DNA from: an uncultured bacterium
GTDB taxonomy: Bacteria; Zixibacteria; MSB-5A5; UBA10806
Direction: 5' to 3'
Assembly (NCBI GenBank): GCA_965541585.1
Contig: CBEUCH010000001.1
Coordinates: 96,001 to 160,000, forward strand
Length of the DNA stretch: 64,000 bases
Shown piece by piece: positions 48,053-58,602 of this stretch. The translations under genes and the position numbers were made by a program. Each line of letters begins with the position of its first letter. The first letter of the stretch is position 1. Under the pieces are notes generated by a model. It searched no databases. It saw nothing but the letters and a program-made list of their open reading frames with translations, and was not told the origin of the DNA.

Positions 48053-49123
48053 ATGATGAAAAAAGTTATTGTGGCCGATGCGTCTCCTACGATTAAGAGC
48101 GTTGCGGATTCCTTCCTTCGTCAGCACGGGTACAATGTAGTCTGCACCTCGGACGGTCTTCAGGCATGGGAGGTTATCCAGGCCGAGCGACCGGATCTGG
48201 TGCTGGCCGGCCTTAATCTATCGGGAATATCGGGCCTGGAATTATGCCGCCAGATGGCTGGAGATCAGTTGGCCGGCGGAATCCCGGTCGTCCTTATGAT
48301 CGGCGCGAAGGACGATTTTGATGAAGAACAATTGATATCATCAGGCGCACGCGGCCGCCTGAAGAAACCGTTCTCTCCCAGGAATCTGCTGGAGATAACA
48401 TTGAAACTTATAGGGCCGGGCGACGGCGAGTCGCCGGAGAAGTCTGTTGCCAGGGAAGGGACTCCCCGAACCTCGTATCAGGCTGATGTTATTTCGTCGA
48501 CCACACGCCACGCGAAAAAAGAGCCGGAACAGGTTTATAATCTCGATTGGACAGACCTGAAGGAGTTGGATACCGAAAGCTCTGATAAGCCGGAGTCTGA
48601 TAAGCCGGAGAAGGTAGCCAGCTTCGATACCTCAGAGCAGGGCCAGGAGCTTTTGATAGAAAAAGACCAGTTCAATCTCATAGATGAGCAGGCCGGGGGT
48701 GCTACTGCAGAAAACGTATCCGATTCTGAAGAGGATGAGGATTATAACTGGTTTATCGGGGAGATGAAAAGAGAAATAGAGGGTCCCGGATCCAGAGATA
48801 AGCCGGAAGCGTCAGGCCCGCCAGAAACTGCATCGTCGATCCGTATAAAACCGTCCTCCCCCGAAGTCCTGAAGTATGATGATCTGGGACCATCCGGACC
48901 TGATAAGGCAGTCCCGCATGGAGGAGAGCCCGCTGTTGACCAGGCGCTTAAACCGGAGAGCGCTGAAGAAGAAGAGCCGCCCCGTGCAAAACTCACCGGG
49001 GCTGAAATAGATAAGATCGCCGAGGTAGTCGCCTCAAAGCTGGCTGCCCATATTGCCGCCAAAATAGATAAGAAGACGATATTCGAGGCTGTCAAATCGG
49101 TGTTGGATTCCCCGGATTCTTAG
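48053..49123 (+). CDS. RomR-like response-regulator protein with atypical receiver domain
   Basis: REC domain, acidic/Pro-rich linker and C-terminal helix; the phospho-acceptor Asp position is Gly. Confidence 0.8.
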   Translation: MMKKVIVADASPTIKSVADSFLRQHGYNVVCTSDGLQAWEVIQAERPDLVLAGLNLSGISGLELCRQMAGDQLAGGIPVVLMIGAKDDFDEEQLISSGARGRLKKPFSPRNLLEITLKLIGPGDGESPEKSVAREGTPRTSYQADVISSTTRHAKKEPEQVYNLDWTDLKELDTESSDKPESDKPEKVASFDTSEQGQELLIEKDQFNLIDEQAGGATAENVSDSEEDEDYNWFIGEMKREIEGPGSRDKPEASGPPETASSIRIKPSSPEVLKYDDLGPSGPDKAVPHGGEPAVDQALKPESAEEEEPPRAKLTGAEIDKIAEVVASKLAAHIAAKIDKKTIFEAVKSVLDSPDS

Positions 49124-49603
49124 GCCAGAGTGCGGACTTTGATTAGTAAGATCCATTGAGTCATTAGAGCCTTTCATCTTTACCATGGGACCGACCGGCT
49201 GTTTTTTTATCGGGCAATCCTGATAAATGGGCAACCCCTGGAACAGTTTCCTGGTTTATACGTGAAAATGATCGGTTGATGGTGGCATTTGAGGCCATTA
49301 TGAAATTGATTCTGCAGAAGGGATTTAAAGAAAGATTATTGGCGAACGAGATGGAATTTAATCAACATGAATTGTTCAGTTAAGAAGCAAAAGTCCGGAA
49401 ATGGCAGATAAAACTAAGACACCGCCTGCAGGGGCCTCCTGTTTCTCCGAGCCTTCGCCAGGATTGACAGGGGGGCTCAAGAGAGTCTGCGATTATCTGA
49501 TCCAGCGAGGCTTACCTCGGATTGCAGCGTATAATAAGCCTGTGGTCGGGCACGGTGCCGATATTAAAGGGCCAGTAATGGTAACGAAAGGGGTTTTCGC
49601 CTG

Positions 49604-51541
49604 ATGCTTCATCGTACGAGATCGTTTTCATCGAGCCGCTTGCTGTGGGGCATGTTTGCCGTTGTAGTCCTGCTCTTGTCTTTCGGAGATATTCAATCTG
49701 ATTTGAGGGCGCAGGAAGAATCGAAGCCGGATGCTATTGTGATCGGGGATCCCGTGACCGTTGGGGCGTTTTCTTCACATTTTGAAATTTCCCCGGGAGA
49801 AACGTTCCAGGTGCTTCTGCGACTGACAATAGATGATGAATGGCATGTCAATTCGAATACGCCTTTGCAGGATTATCTGATACCGACTGTGGTCAGCCTG
49901 GATGAAGATTCCGATTTCATCGTAAGGGAGATTTCATATCCAAGAGGGAAACGGATGACCTTTGCCTTCAGTCCCGATGAGCCCCTTTCAGTATATGGCG
50001 ATATCGTCTGGATTAAGATGCTGCTCGCTTCAACCGAAAGCGCAGAGATAAAAACTGCTCCCCTCCGGGTATCGATCATAACCCAGGCTTGCAATGACAG
50101 GATGTGTTTGGCGCCTGCGACGAAGATTCTATCATTCCCGATGAAGATAGATCCCGCAGCGGCGAGTGTGGGATTACGCCACGCCTCGCTTTTTAAATCG
50201 CACGGCATCAGCGAAGTGGCTACATTGAATTCGACAGCGGCGGAGCCCGGCAGCAAAAGCGATCTGCCTGATGCCGAAGCAATGGGTTTCTGGGGGATGC
50301 TGCGGGAATTCGACGCCACCGCTTTTGTGGACCGCTACGGATATATACTGGCCTTTATCGCCATGTATATTCTCGGAATGGGTCTAACCCTGACCCCCTG
50401 CGTTTATCCTATTATTCCCATCACCATAGGATTTTTCGGCTCTCAATCCGGAGGACGGTGGACGAGGCAATTGTTGATAGCCGGCGTCTTCGGTGTTGGC
50501 ATAGCCATAAGCTATGCTGCGGTGGGGACCGTGGCTGCATTTTCGGGATCGCTAATGGGCGCCGCCCTGCAGAATATATGGGTTCTCGTAGCTCTGGCGA
50601 CGCTCTGTGTGGTGATGGGATTGAATGCCTTCGGTGCCTTCGAGCTTCGCCTCCCGGGCTGGTTTATGAATCTGGCCGGAGGAAGCTCCCGCAGAGGGAT
50701 CGTCGGCTCGGCAGTGATGGGCCTCACCATGGGAATCGCCTCGGCGCCATGCCTGGCGGCCTTCATAATAAGCCTTCTGGCTTTCGTGGGTCAAAAGGGC
50801 GATCCCATACTGGGTTTTTCCATGTTCCTCATGCTGGGTCTCGGCCTGGCCACGCCATTCGTGGCTCTGGGGACGTTCTCCGGGATGGTTCACAAGATTC
50901 CAAAATCCGGCGAATGGTTGGTCTATGCCAAGAAGTTGATGGGCTCTTTGCTTTTCGCCGCCGCACTATATTTTTTAAATACTATCATTCCGGGTTCGAT
51001 TTTCAATTCGATTGTTCTGGTAAGCCTGGTTGCCGCCGGCCTGTATTTCGGCTTTTTCGAAAAGACTCCTGTCAAAACCATCATATTCCGTGTCGTTCGG
51101 CTTGCTTTAGGAGCAATGTTCATCGGCGTCTCCCTGTGGTGGGGGATGCCTGCGGGGGAGATGGCGCAAGGTTCAGGGATCAGCTGGCAGCCATATTCCG
51201 AAGCCGCCTTGGATCAGGCAAAAGGATCGAATCGTCCGGTGGTTATTGATTTCTTTGCCGACTGGTGTATTCCCTGCAAGCAGCTGGATAAATCCTCATT
51301 TTCCGACCAACAGGTGATACAACTCAGCAAGGATTTCCTAATGCTCAAGGCTGACGTGACACGGGGAAGTTCGCCGGAGGTGAAATCGCTTCTGGGGCAA
51401 TATAGTATCAGAGGAGTTCCCACCATCGTATTTATCGGGCCGGATGGCCGGGAACAGGAGAATCTTCGCATCGTCCAGTTCGAACCTGCCGTCGAAGTTT
51501 TGTCGAGGTTTCAAAAGCTCTCCTCGCTACAAAAAGAGTAA
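49604..51541 (+). CDS. dsbD: Thiol:disulfide interchange protein DsbD
   Basis: 'QACNDRMC', 'TPCVYP', 'APC' and 'WCIPC'. Confidence 0.92.
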   Translation: MLHRTRSFSSSRLLWGMFAVVVLLLSFGDIQSDLRAQEESKPDAIVIGDPVTVGAFSSHFEISPGETFQVLLRLTIDDEWHVNSNTPLQDYLIPTVVSLDEDSDFIVREISYPRGKRMTFAFSPDEPLSVYGDIVWIKMLLASTESAEIKTAPLRVSIITQACNDRMCLAPATKILSFPMKIDPAAASVGLRHASLFKSHGISEVATLNSTAAEPGSKSDLPDAEAMGFWGMLREFDATAFVDRYGYILAFIAMYILGMGLTLTPCVYPIIPITIGFFGSQSGGRWTRQLLIAGVFGVGIAISYAAVGTVAAFSGSLMGAALQNIWVLVALATLCVVMGLNAFGAFELRLPGWFMNLAGGSSRRGIVGSAVMGLTMGIASAPCLAAFIISLLAFVGQKGDPILGFSMFLMLGLGLATPFVALGTFSGMVHKIPKSGEWLVYAKKLMGSLLFAAALYFLNTIIPGSIFNSIVLVSLVAAGLYFGFFEKTPVKTIIFRVVRLALGAMFIGVSLWWGMPAGEMAQGSGISWQPYSEAALDQAKGSNRPVVIDFFADWCIPCKQLDKSSFSDQQVIQLSKDFLMLKADVTRGSSPEVKSLLGQYSIRGVPTIVFIGPDGREQENLRIVQFEPAVEVLSRFQKLSSLQKE

Positions 51542-51734
51542 TAATCTGTCCGAGCTAAAAAGCGGAATTATATACAACATGATATTGCCGGGCTATCATC
51601 TGAATGAGTAACAGGAGCCCTATCATGGACAGAATTCATCCATTAATATATTAATAATTAATAAATCTCTCGAAAATCGCCACCGAGGAACTATTCGGAA
51701 ATGGTCGTGGTTTCAAAGGGTGGTGCTTCGATAA

Positions 51735-51950
51735 GTGTATGAGATTGCTGTGGCAAAGCAGATTGTTGGCGACTTTGAGCTTCGGAGTTTCAAGAAGAAA
51801 GCTGTTATTCATGCAGAGGCTTATTCTGGAACGGTTTTGAAGATGATCAACAGTCGGATGGAATCCGAGAGTTCTGTGCAGGAGCTTTACAGGTGACTTT
51901 CGGACCGGGCAATGGCCAATGCCTATGCGCTGGAGGGATATGTACATGAA
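51735..51950 (+). pseudogene. Degenerate ECF sigma-factor remnant
   Basis: The 53-codon ORF 51735-51896 resembles region 2 of SigH/SigR-type sigmas and lies directly before an anti-sigma gene. Confidence 0.45.
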
Positions 51951-52743
51951 TCAGCGAGATTGTTTTGTTGATGAAGAAGAATTGAATCTCTATCTCGATT
52001 GTGAACTCGATGAATCGAGAAAATCGATTCTGGATGATCATCGGTTATCATGCGGGGAGTGCGCCGCCAGGTATGGGATCGCCCTGGAATTGAAAGATCT
52101 GGTAAAGGATTCCAAAGATACCGCTCCCTCCTGGCTGAGGGATAAGATCATGATCAGCATAACCCGCGAATCCCGTGAAAAAGCCGGAGGTTTTTGGGAA
52201 TACATGAGAAACCTGATCGGAGCACGTCCCATGATACCGGTGGCCGCCGCCGGATCTCTAGTGGTAATATTTATACTGGCGATGATTACGGTTTCCGGGC
52301 CGAAAGGAAACATGCCTCTCGTAACCGAGATGGTGCGGGAACACAATGAGTATCTTCAGGGACATGAAAATCTCGGCATAATAAGCAGCAATCCATCAGA
52401 GATTGCGCGATGGGTTTCGACCAATGCCGGTATGCAAGTTGCGTTGCCATCCGATCCCGCCATAGCGATTCCCGGGGGAGCCTGTGTGCTCGAAGCAAAC
52501 GGAGAGACCATTGGATGCATATTCTTCGATTTCCAGGATAAGAGGGTATCGCTCTTCATGACAAAGGGCACCGGGGAGAAGCTTTTCGGGCCCAGTAAAA
52601 TGAATATCGAGAATATTTCGGTATATTGCGGAAGCTGTACCGGCATGAATTATGTTTTATGGCAGGCCAGTAATCTCGTATGCATCCTCGTTGGTGACGT
52701 CTCAGAAGAGTCCCTGGTCGACATGGCCAGGCATTTTATCTAA
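51946..52743 (+). CDS. Zinc-finger (zf-HC2) membrane anti-sigma factor
   Basis: 'YLD.EL...H.L.CGEC', a TM helix and an extracytoplasmic domain. Confidence 0.88.
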   Translation: MNQRDCFVDEEELNLYLDCELDESRKSILDDHRLSCGECAARYGIALELKDLVKDSKDTAPSWLRDKIMISITRESREKAGGFWEYMRNLIGARPMIPVAAAGSLVVIFILAMITVSGPKGNMPLVTEMVREHNEYLQGHENLGIISSNPSEIARWVSTNAGMQVALPSDPAIAIPGGACVLEANGETIGCIFFDFQDKRVSLFMTKGTGEKLFGPSKMNIENISVYCGSCTGMNYVLWQASNLVCILVGDVSEESLVDMARHFI

Positions 52744-53072
52744 GCATTATAGATGCATATCTCCGGGTTATTGATTCCCGGTGAAAGCTTCCTCGATAGG
52801 AGCGGCCCGCGAAAATGCCGGCGGCGACTTTAAATTTGCTTGCGATCCTTTCATGAATTTCTATCTTTATCTCGGAAAATCGATCACCGGGGGGTATTGA
52901 AAACCTGTTCGCGAATATGGCTTAGTTGTATTCGCATAATTGGGAATTCGGGTTGTTCTTGTGTGCCGAGATAATGAATGCAGGCTTAATCAGACTTTCG
53001 AAGCGCTGGAATATCGATGCTGCAAAAAGATAAGCCGTTGGCAATAGAATCGGCAGATTCAAAAAAGATGTA

Positions 53073-53828
53073 ATGATGGCGATTACTCCGATGAACCACT
53101 CTATGATGAATGGAAATGTCCTCTGCATATTTGCAAAGTACCCCGAGCCCGGTAAAGTAAAGTTCGGGTTAGAGGAATGTCTTGGCCAGAAACAGGCGGC
53201 GTTTCTGGCCCGCGCTTTTCTGATGGATACGATTTCAATATCGTTAAGGGTGCCCTGTTCAGATCTATACATTGCCCATTGGCCTCCGGATTCTCGCGGG
53301 GATTTCGAAGATCTCCTGTGCCTGTTCGAAAACGAGGAAAAGGATAGTGTGGTTGCGGAAAAAGCGGGAGGCGTGAATCTGATTCCGCAATCGGGCGAGG
53401 ATTTCGGCGAACGACTGATCAATTCGTCCAGGATATTATTCGAGAGAGGAGCGAAACGTGTTATTTTCGTGGGATCGGAAGGCCCTCTATTGCAGACCTT
53501 AATTCTGCACGCCACTTTTGAGCTCTTAAAGAACAATCAGGCGGTAGTGGGACCGACGTTCAGCGGTCGTTATTATCTCATCGGCTCGGACAGCCATTAT
53601 CCGGCGTTATTTAACGGTATAGATTGGAGCAGCCAAACCGTATATAAGGAGACGGTGGAACGCCTTAATCAGATCGGGCTCAACTGGCAGGAACTGGAGA
53701 TATCATACGACGTGAATAGCCCCGAGGAACTTGAGCAACTCTATTTCGATATCGACAATCTTCGTCTTGCCGGCGAAAACGATATCGCATATCATACGGA
53801 AAAATGCCTCGCAAATCTAAAAAAATAA
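53073..53828 (+). CDS. DUF2064/TIGR04282-like GT-A transferase homolog with degenerate motifs
   Basis: 'IFAKYPEPGKVK', 'Q.G.DFGERL', 'YYLIG', 'IDWS...V' and 'DVN...L'. Confidence 0.8.
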   Translation: MMAITPMNHSMMNGNVLCIFAKYPEPGKVKFGLEECLGQKQAAFLARAFLMDTISISLRVPCSDLYIAHWPPDSRGDFEDLLCLFENEEKDSVVAEKAGGVNLIPQSGEDFGERLINSSRILFERGAKRVIFVGSEGPLLQTLILHATFELLKNNQAVVGPTFSGRYYLIGSDSHYPALFNGIDWSSQTVYKETVERLNQIGLNWQELEISYDVNSPEELEQLYFDIDNLRLAGENDIAYHTEKCLANLKK

Positions 53829-54952
53829 ACCAGAGCCCGGTAGTAACTCCGATATATCAGAGTTCCACCTTCACCTTTCCCGATACGGCCTCGCTAATCG
53901 CTTACCAGAAGGGGAAGCGGAAGGGGTACATATATACGCGATATAGCAATCCTACCGTAGAAGCTGTCGAAAACCAGATAGCCCTGCTTGACGGCGCTGT
54001 GAATTCGCTCCTGTTCTCGTCGGGAATGGCAGCCATAAGCAGCGCCTGTCTGACATTGCTCAAGCCCGGAGATCAGGTCGTATCGTCGTATCCAATATAT
54101 GGCGGTACGGCAAAGCTTTTCGATCAGCTTCTCAAAAAGTTTAGTATTAAGTTTGCATTTTACCCGGCTGACGATATAAGCAGGCTGCCCCGATATATTA
54201 CTCGAAAGACAAAATTAATATACCTTGAGTCTCCGACGAATCCCAATCTCAAAATCGTCGATCTCGAAAGCGCCGGCCGGATCGCCAAACGGCGAAAGAT
54301 ATTTTCCATAATTGATTCAACTTTCGCCACTCCCGTTAACCAGAAGCCGCTTGATTCTGGCATCGATGCAGTGATTCATTCGGTGACCAAATATCTGGGA
54401 GGGCATTCTGATATAGTTGGTGGTGTTATCTCGGGATCTGAACGTTTCATAGCCAGGGTCTGGGAGACACGTAAGTATCTGGGGGGCTGCGCCGATCCGC
54501 ATCAGGCCTTTCTATTGGAACGGGGATTGAAAACGCTTGAAATCCGTATCGAGAAACATAATCGCAACGCAGAGTCAATTACCAGATTCCTGGAGTCGGT
54601 GCCGGGTCTGAAGCGCGTGATATATCCAGGTTCCTCTTCTCATCCCCAGCATGAATTGGCAAGAAGACAGATGAGCGGTTTCGGAGGTGTGGTTAGTTTC
54701 GATCTGGGCTCAAAAAGAAAAGCTATCCGGTTTGTTGATTCCTTGAAAATCATTAAAAACGCTGCGAGTCTCGGGGGCACGGAGTCTTTAATTTCAATTC
54801 CGATCTGGTCATCGCATTTCGGCCTCAAGCAAGGAACCCTTACGCGGTCAGGTGTGACTCCTGGCCTCGTTCGCTTATCCGTGGGCCTGGAGCCCCTTGA
54901 TATTCTCATAAAGGACTTAAAACAGGCCTTAAGAGTCGCTACGCGCAGGTAA
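53804..54952 (+). CDS. Cys/Met-metabolism PLP enzyme (cystathionine gamma-synthase/methionine gamma-lyase family)
   Basis: 'YTRYSNPT', 'FSSGMAAI', 'ESPTNP' and 'HSVTKYLGGHSD'. Confidence 0.93.
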   Translation: MPRKSKKINQSPVVTPIYQSSTFTFPDTASLIAYQKGKRKGYIYTRYSNPTVEAVENQIALLDGAVNSLLFSSGMAAISSACLTLLKPGDQVVSSYPIYGGTAKLFDQLLKKFSIKFAFYPADDISRLPRYITRKTKLIYLESPTNPNLKIVDLESAGRIAKRRKIFSIIDSTFATPVNQKPLDSGIDAVIHSVTKYLGGHSDIVGGVISGSERFIARVWETRKYLGGCADPHQAFLLERGLKTLEIRIEKHNRNAESITRFLESVPGLKRVIYPGSSSHPQHELARRQMSGFGGVVSFDLGSKRKAIRFVDSLKIIKNAASLGGTESLISIPIWSSHFGLKQGTLTRSGVTPGLVRLSVGLEPLDILIKDLKQALRVATRR

Positions 54953-55166
54953 GTCCAGGCGCCCCGGTAAGATTCCCCCGGCTAAAACGAAGATATGGGA
55001 TGCCGATATATATCGGGGATGGTGTAAAGTGACCATCATCCCCGGTTATTATATTGTTTTCGACCTGAGAACGTCACTAAGGGTTGAGTTACGCCTAAGA
55101 TACTGATGCGCTTAACCTTAGGATTAAGACTTTGGTAGCATTGCATGTCAAAGGTGGTTTTTCGAG

Positions 55167-56855
55167 ATGAGCAAAGCTATTCTTAAGGCAACGGCTATCG
55201 AGAAGATTTCGATAGCCAACTACAAGATCCTGGAGCTCGTCGGCACCGGCGGTATGGCCAACATATACAAGGCTATCCAACTGTCTCTGGATAGACCCGT
55301 GGCGTTAAAGATAATGCACGATCACCTGTCTATGGACGAGGGATTCGTAGCCAGGTTCGAGAAGGAAGGCAAGCAGGCCGCTCAACTTCATCAGGAAAAC
55401 ATCGTTTCTATTATAGATTACGGACAAGGGAATGGTGACTATTATATCGCAATGGAATATGTAGATGGCACCAATTTGAAGCAGATAATGGAAAAACAGA
55501 AACGCCTACCGCTTGAAATCTGCCTTCTCGTATGCCAGCAGGTTGCCGAGGGACTGAAATTCGCCCACGGTCATAATATTATCCATCGAGATATAAAACC
55601 GGCCAATATCGTCCTCTCAAATGATGGTCGCGTTATGATTACTGATTTTGGTATCGCCAAGGGCAGGGATGATCTTTCGATTACCGCCACCGGGCAGATG
55701 ATCGGTTCGCCGGCGTATATGTCTCCGGAGCAGGCGGCGGGCAGGCCGGTGGATCATAGATCGGATATATTCAGTCTGGGAATCATTCTATACGAGATAA
55801 TTGCAGGCGAGAAACCTTTCAAGGGAGACACGTATCAAGGTATGGTGGCCTCCATTATGTCTCATCAGGCAGAATCGCTGCAAAAGCTCAGGGTCGATGT
55901 TAACCCTGAAATTGAAGCGCTCGTGGAGAAAGCCATAGTCAAAGATCCGCCGTCCCGATTTCAGAGCGCCGAGGAGTTCGCTGATGCGGTCTACTCTCAG
56001 CTCGAGCGTTTCAAGCTGCCGCCGATCAAAAAACTGATATCCAGCTTCCTGAAAAATCCCATTAAGGTTACCGAGAAATTGAGGACGGAGAAGATATCGA
56101 ATCATATGGAATCGGCTCTGTATTATCTTACCCTGGGAGAAGGGCGCTTGAAAGACGCCAGAAAGGAATTTCAGGAGGTTTTGCGATTCGACAAGAATAA
56201 TAAGTCGGCAAAGGAATATATCGCCAGGCTCTCCGAACGCACGACTCTTCCAGAATCCAGGGTCAACGCCCGGGGAAACCGGCTGAAAATAAAAGCCAAA
56301 TATGTAGTTGCGGGTACTGCGGCTATCGCAATTCTGCTAACGGCAATTTCGATTATTCCCCGAGGCAGTGGACCCGGTCAAATTGACGGCCGTCAACCAA
56401 AAGCCGGAAGCCAATTGCCGGATGATTCGGAGGTCAGCGTTGAGAACGGTGAAGCCTCCGAAGATATTGGGGAGCGATCGACCGGCGGTAGCGGCGACAA
56501 CGTCGAATCGAAACCCCCGGCTAACTCGAACGAAGATAGGAAAGATAAATCTTCTAAGCCGCCCACCGGTAAGACAAAGAAAAAACCGGTGGCGCGGTCC
56601 GGGAAAAGCGCCTATAATTACCCCAACCAGAATTTGAAGGAATACGGTTTCTTGACGGTTAAAACGAATGTCCCGGGTGAGATCAGTGTCGATCTCGAAA
56701 AATATGGCGCCACCAATGGCCCTTCGATCAAACTTGCTCCGGGGCGGCACTTTATTGAGATTAGAGCCGATGGCTTCCGAAGAATGACACGTCGGATCTT
56801 CAGCGAAAAGGATAAGACGGTGGATCTTCGCATCGATCTGTTGCCCGAGCGATGA
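55167..56855 (+). CDS. Membrane-anchored Hanks-type Ser/Thr kinase with TPR-like segment and C-terminal PEGA domain
   Basis: GTGGMA, VALK, HRDIKPAN, DFG and YMSPE; TM helix; 'L.PGRH.IEI...GF'. Confidence 0.93.
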   Translation: MSKAILKATAIEKISIANYKILELVGTGGMANIYKAIQLSLDRPVALKIMHDHLSMDEGFVARFEKEGKQAAQLHQENIVSIIDYGQGNGDYYIAMEYVDGTNLKQIMEKQKRLPLEICLLVCQQVAEGLKFAHGHNIIHRDIKPANIVLSNDGRVMITDFGIAKGRDDLSITATGQMIGSPAYMSPEQAAGRPVDHRSDIFSLGIILYEIIAGEKPFKGDTYQGMVASIMSHQAESLQKLRVDVNPEIEALVEKAIVKDPPSRFQSAEEFADAVYSQLERFKLPPIKKLISSFLKNPIKVTEKLRTEKISNHMESALYYLTLGEGRLKDARKEFQEVLRFDKNNKSAKEYIARLSERTTLPESRVNARGNRLKIKAKYVVAGTAAIAILLTAISIIPRGSGPGQIDGRQPKAGSQLPDDSEVSVENGEASEDIGERSTGGSGDNVESKPPANSNEDRKDKSSKPPTGKTKKKPVARSGKSAYNYPNQNLKEYGFLTVKTNVPGEISVDLEKYGATNGPSIKLAPGRHFIEIRADGFRRMTRRIFSEKDKTVDLRIDLLPER

Positions 56856-57643
56856 GGTTGCGATTGTTCGTTTCCCCAATTCTAAAAACATTCTTGATCT
56901 CCATTCTCTCGGTTTTATTTGCCGTAGCCGCTCTGGCGGAGGACTATTCAACCAGGGACGTAGAGCTCTTTACAGCGGAAGGCTACAGGGTTGCCGGTGT
57001 GCATTATTTCATGCCCGGTCAGCAGGGTCCCGGCTTGTTTCTTTTGCACATGTTTGGTGGGAAACACACCGCCTGGGAAAGCTACCTTCCTATTTTTAAA
57101 AAGGCGGGAGTAAAATCGATTCTTGCCGTTGATCTGCGCGGGCACGGCGGCTCCAATATAAAAAAATCGGTAGAAGGTATATCGGATTCTGCAGGTAGTA
57201 TTAACTGGAGGGACTTTGCGGAAGATGATTTCAAAGACGCTGTGAACGATCTCGACGTTGCCTGGAATTATTTAAAGAAAAGCCCCCGGACCGATTCAAC
57301 TCGTATGGGGGTGATCGGCGCTTCCATGGGGGCCAATTATGCAGCAATCTTCGCCTCCGGCCACCCTGACGTGAAGTCGCTTGTCATGCTATCACCGGGT
57401 GTTATCTACCGCGGTGTGGAGTGCCTGAAGGCAGTCGAACGATATGGAACAAGACCGGTTCTGCTTGTGGCGTCCAGGGAAGATGAGTACTCAGCTAATT
57501 CGTGTAGGAAGTTGAAGGAAATTTCTGCCGGAACGCCGGTCCATCTGGAGATTTTGAAAGGATCGGCACACGGTACAGATCTTATTGAGAAAAATCCCGG
57601 TTTCAAGAACTTCCTCTCGGATTGGTTTAGATCCACCCTCTAA
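56852..57643 (+). CDS. Exported alpha/beta hydrolase
   Basis: 'VDLRGHG', GASMG and 'AHG'; signal peptide. Confidence 0.9.
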   Translation: MRLRLFVSPILKTFLISILSVLFAVAALAEDYSTRDVELFTAEGYRVAGVHYFMPGQQGPGLFLLHMFGGKHTAWESYLPIFKKAGVKSILAVDLRGHGGSNIKKSVEGISDSAGSINWRDFAEDDFKDAVNDLDVAWNYLKKSPRTDSTRMGVIGASMGANYAAIFASGHPDVKSLVMLSPGVIYRGVECLKAVERYGTRPVLLVASREDEYSANSCRKLKEISAGTPVHLEILKGSAHGTDLIEKNPGFKNFLSDWFRSTL

Positions 57644-57658
57644 GGGAAATCTTATCCT

Positions 57659-58558
57659 ATGAAAATACCGGAATCGTTCCGGAATCAGTTTTTCCCCGAT
57701 CTATCGCTTCTACTTGTAACCCTTGTCTGGGGTTTGAGCTTCACCGTAATGAAGAATATCATGGGCGATGAGGTATCGCCGATTTTATTTGTCCTGGGGC
57801 GGTTCTTCGTTGCAACCATATTCATTTTTCCATTTTGCAGGGGGAATCTTTCGAGAATGGATAGACGGGGCCTTGCGGGCGGAATTCTTCTGGGTATTTT
57901 GCTGTTCGCAGGCTTCAGCTTGCAGAGTCTCGGCATATTATTCACCACGGCATCGAAGTCAGCGTTTGTAACAGGACTTTCTGCGCTTTTCGTTCCGGTC
58001 TTTCTATTTGTCCACAAAGGGAAATTACCACCGATTATAAATGGACTGGCAATATTGTTTGCAGTGGCAGGTATGTATCTTTTGACCGGGCCTGCCGGAG
58101 GGGAGTTCAACCGGGGCGACTTTTTAACTCTCTTATGCGCCGTTGCTTTCGGAGCACAGATTTATGTTATGGGAATCGTAAGCCCCGGAAGAGATTTTTT
58201 ATCTCTGACTTTCGTGGAGCTTTCCACCACCACACTTCTGGCGGCTCTATTCCTGCCTCTGGAAACGGTTAAGTTCCAGCTTACCTGGGGATTGGTTATC
58301 GCGATAATGTTTCTGGGCATATTTGCCACGGCGGGAGCGCTCGCAATCCAGACCTGGGCGCAGCGGAGGACATCGGCGGTAAAAACAGGCTTGATCCTCA
58401 CTGCTGAGCCTGTATTTGCCTATATGTTCGCCTCCACTTTACTGGGAGATTATTTCAATTCGGTTCAGAAACTTGGCGGGGCGATAATCATATTGGCGGT
58501 TATGATGGCAGAGGTCTTGCCGGTATTAATCGCTCCTAAGAAGTCTCAGCGGTATTGA
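57659..58558 (+). CDS. DMT/EamA-family transporter
   Basis: 'VWGLSF..MK', about ten TM helices and 'EPVFA'. Confidence 0.92.
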   Translation: MKIPESFRNQFFPDLSLLLVTLVWGLSFTVMKNIMGDEVSPILFVLGRFFVATIFIFPFCRGNLSRMDRRGLAGGILLGILLFAGFSLQSLGILFTTASKSAFVTGLSALFVPVFLFVHKGKLPPIINGLAILFAVAGMYLLTGPAGGEFNRGDFLTLLCAVAFGAQIYVMGIVSPGRDFLSLTFVELSTTTLLAALFLPLETVKFQLTWGLVIAIMFLGIFATAGALAIQTWAQRRTSAVKTGLILTAEPVFAYMFASTLLGDYFNSVQKLGGAIIILAVMMAEVLPVLIAPKKSQRY

Positions 58559-58602
58559 TATTTATCGGACTCTACGGCTTACTGCAAATCCAGGCGTAAC
58601 AC

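Noticed and set aside
49124..49603. 480-bp gap with a 67-aa ORF and GGGCAAYCC repeated twice
   Set aside because: No protein motif, RBS or RNA family recognisable.
55010..55045. GC-rich hairpin CGGGGATG...CATCCCCG
   Set aside because: Single copy without a clear U-tract; probably a terminator or stabiliser, but not callable.
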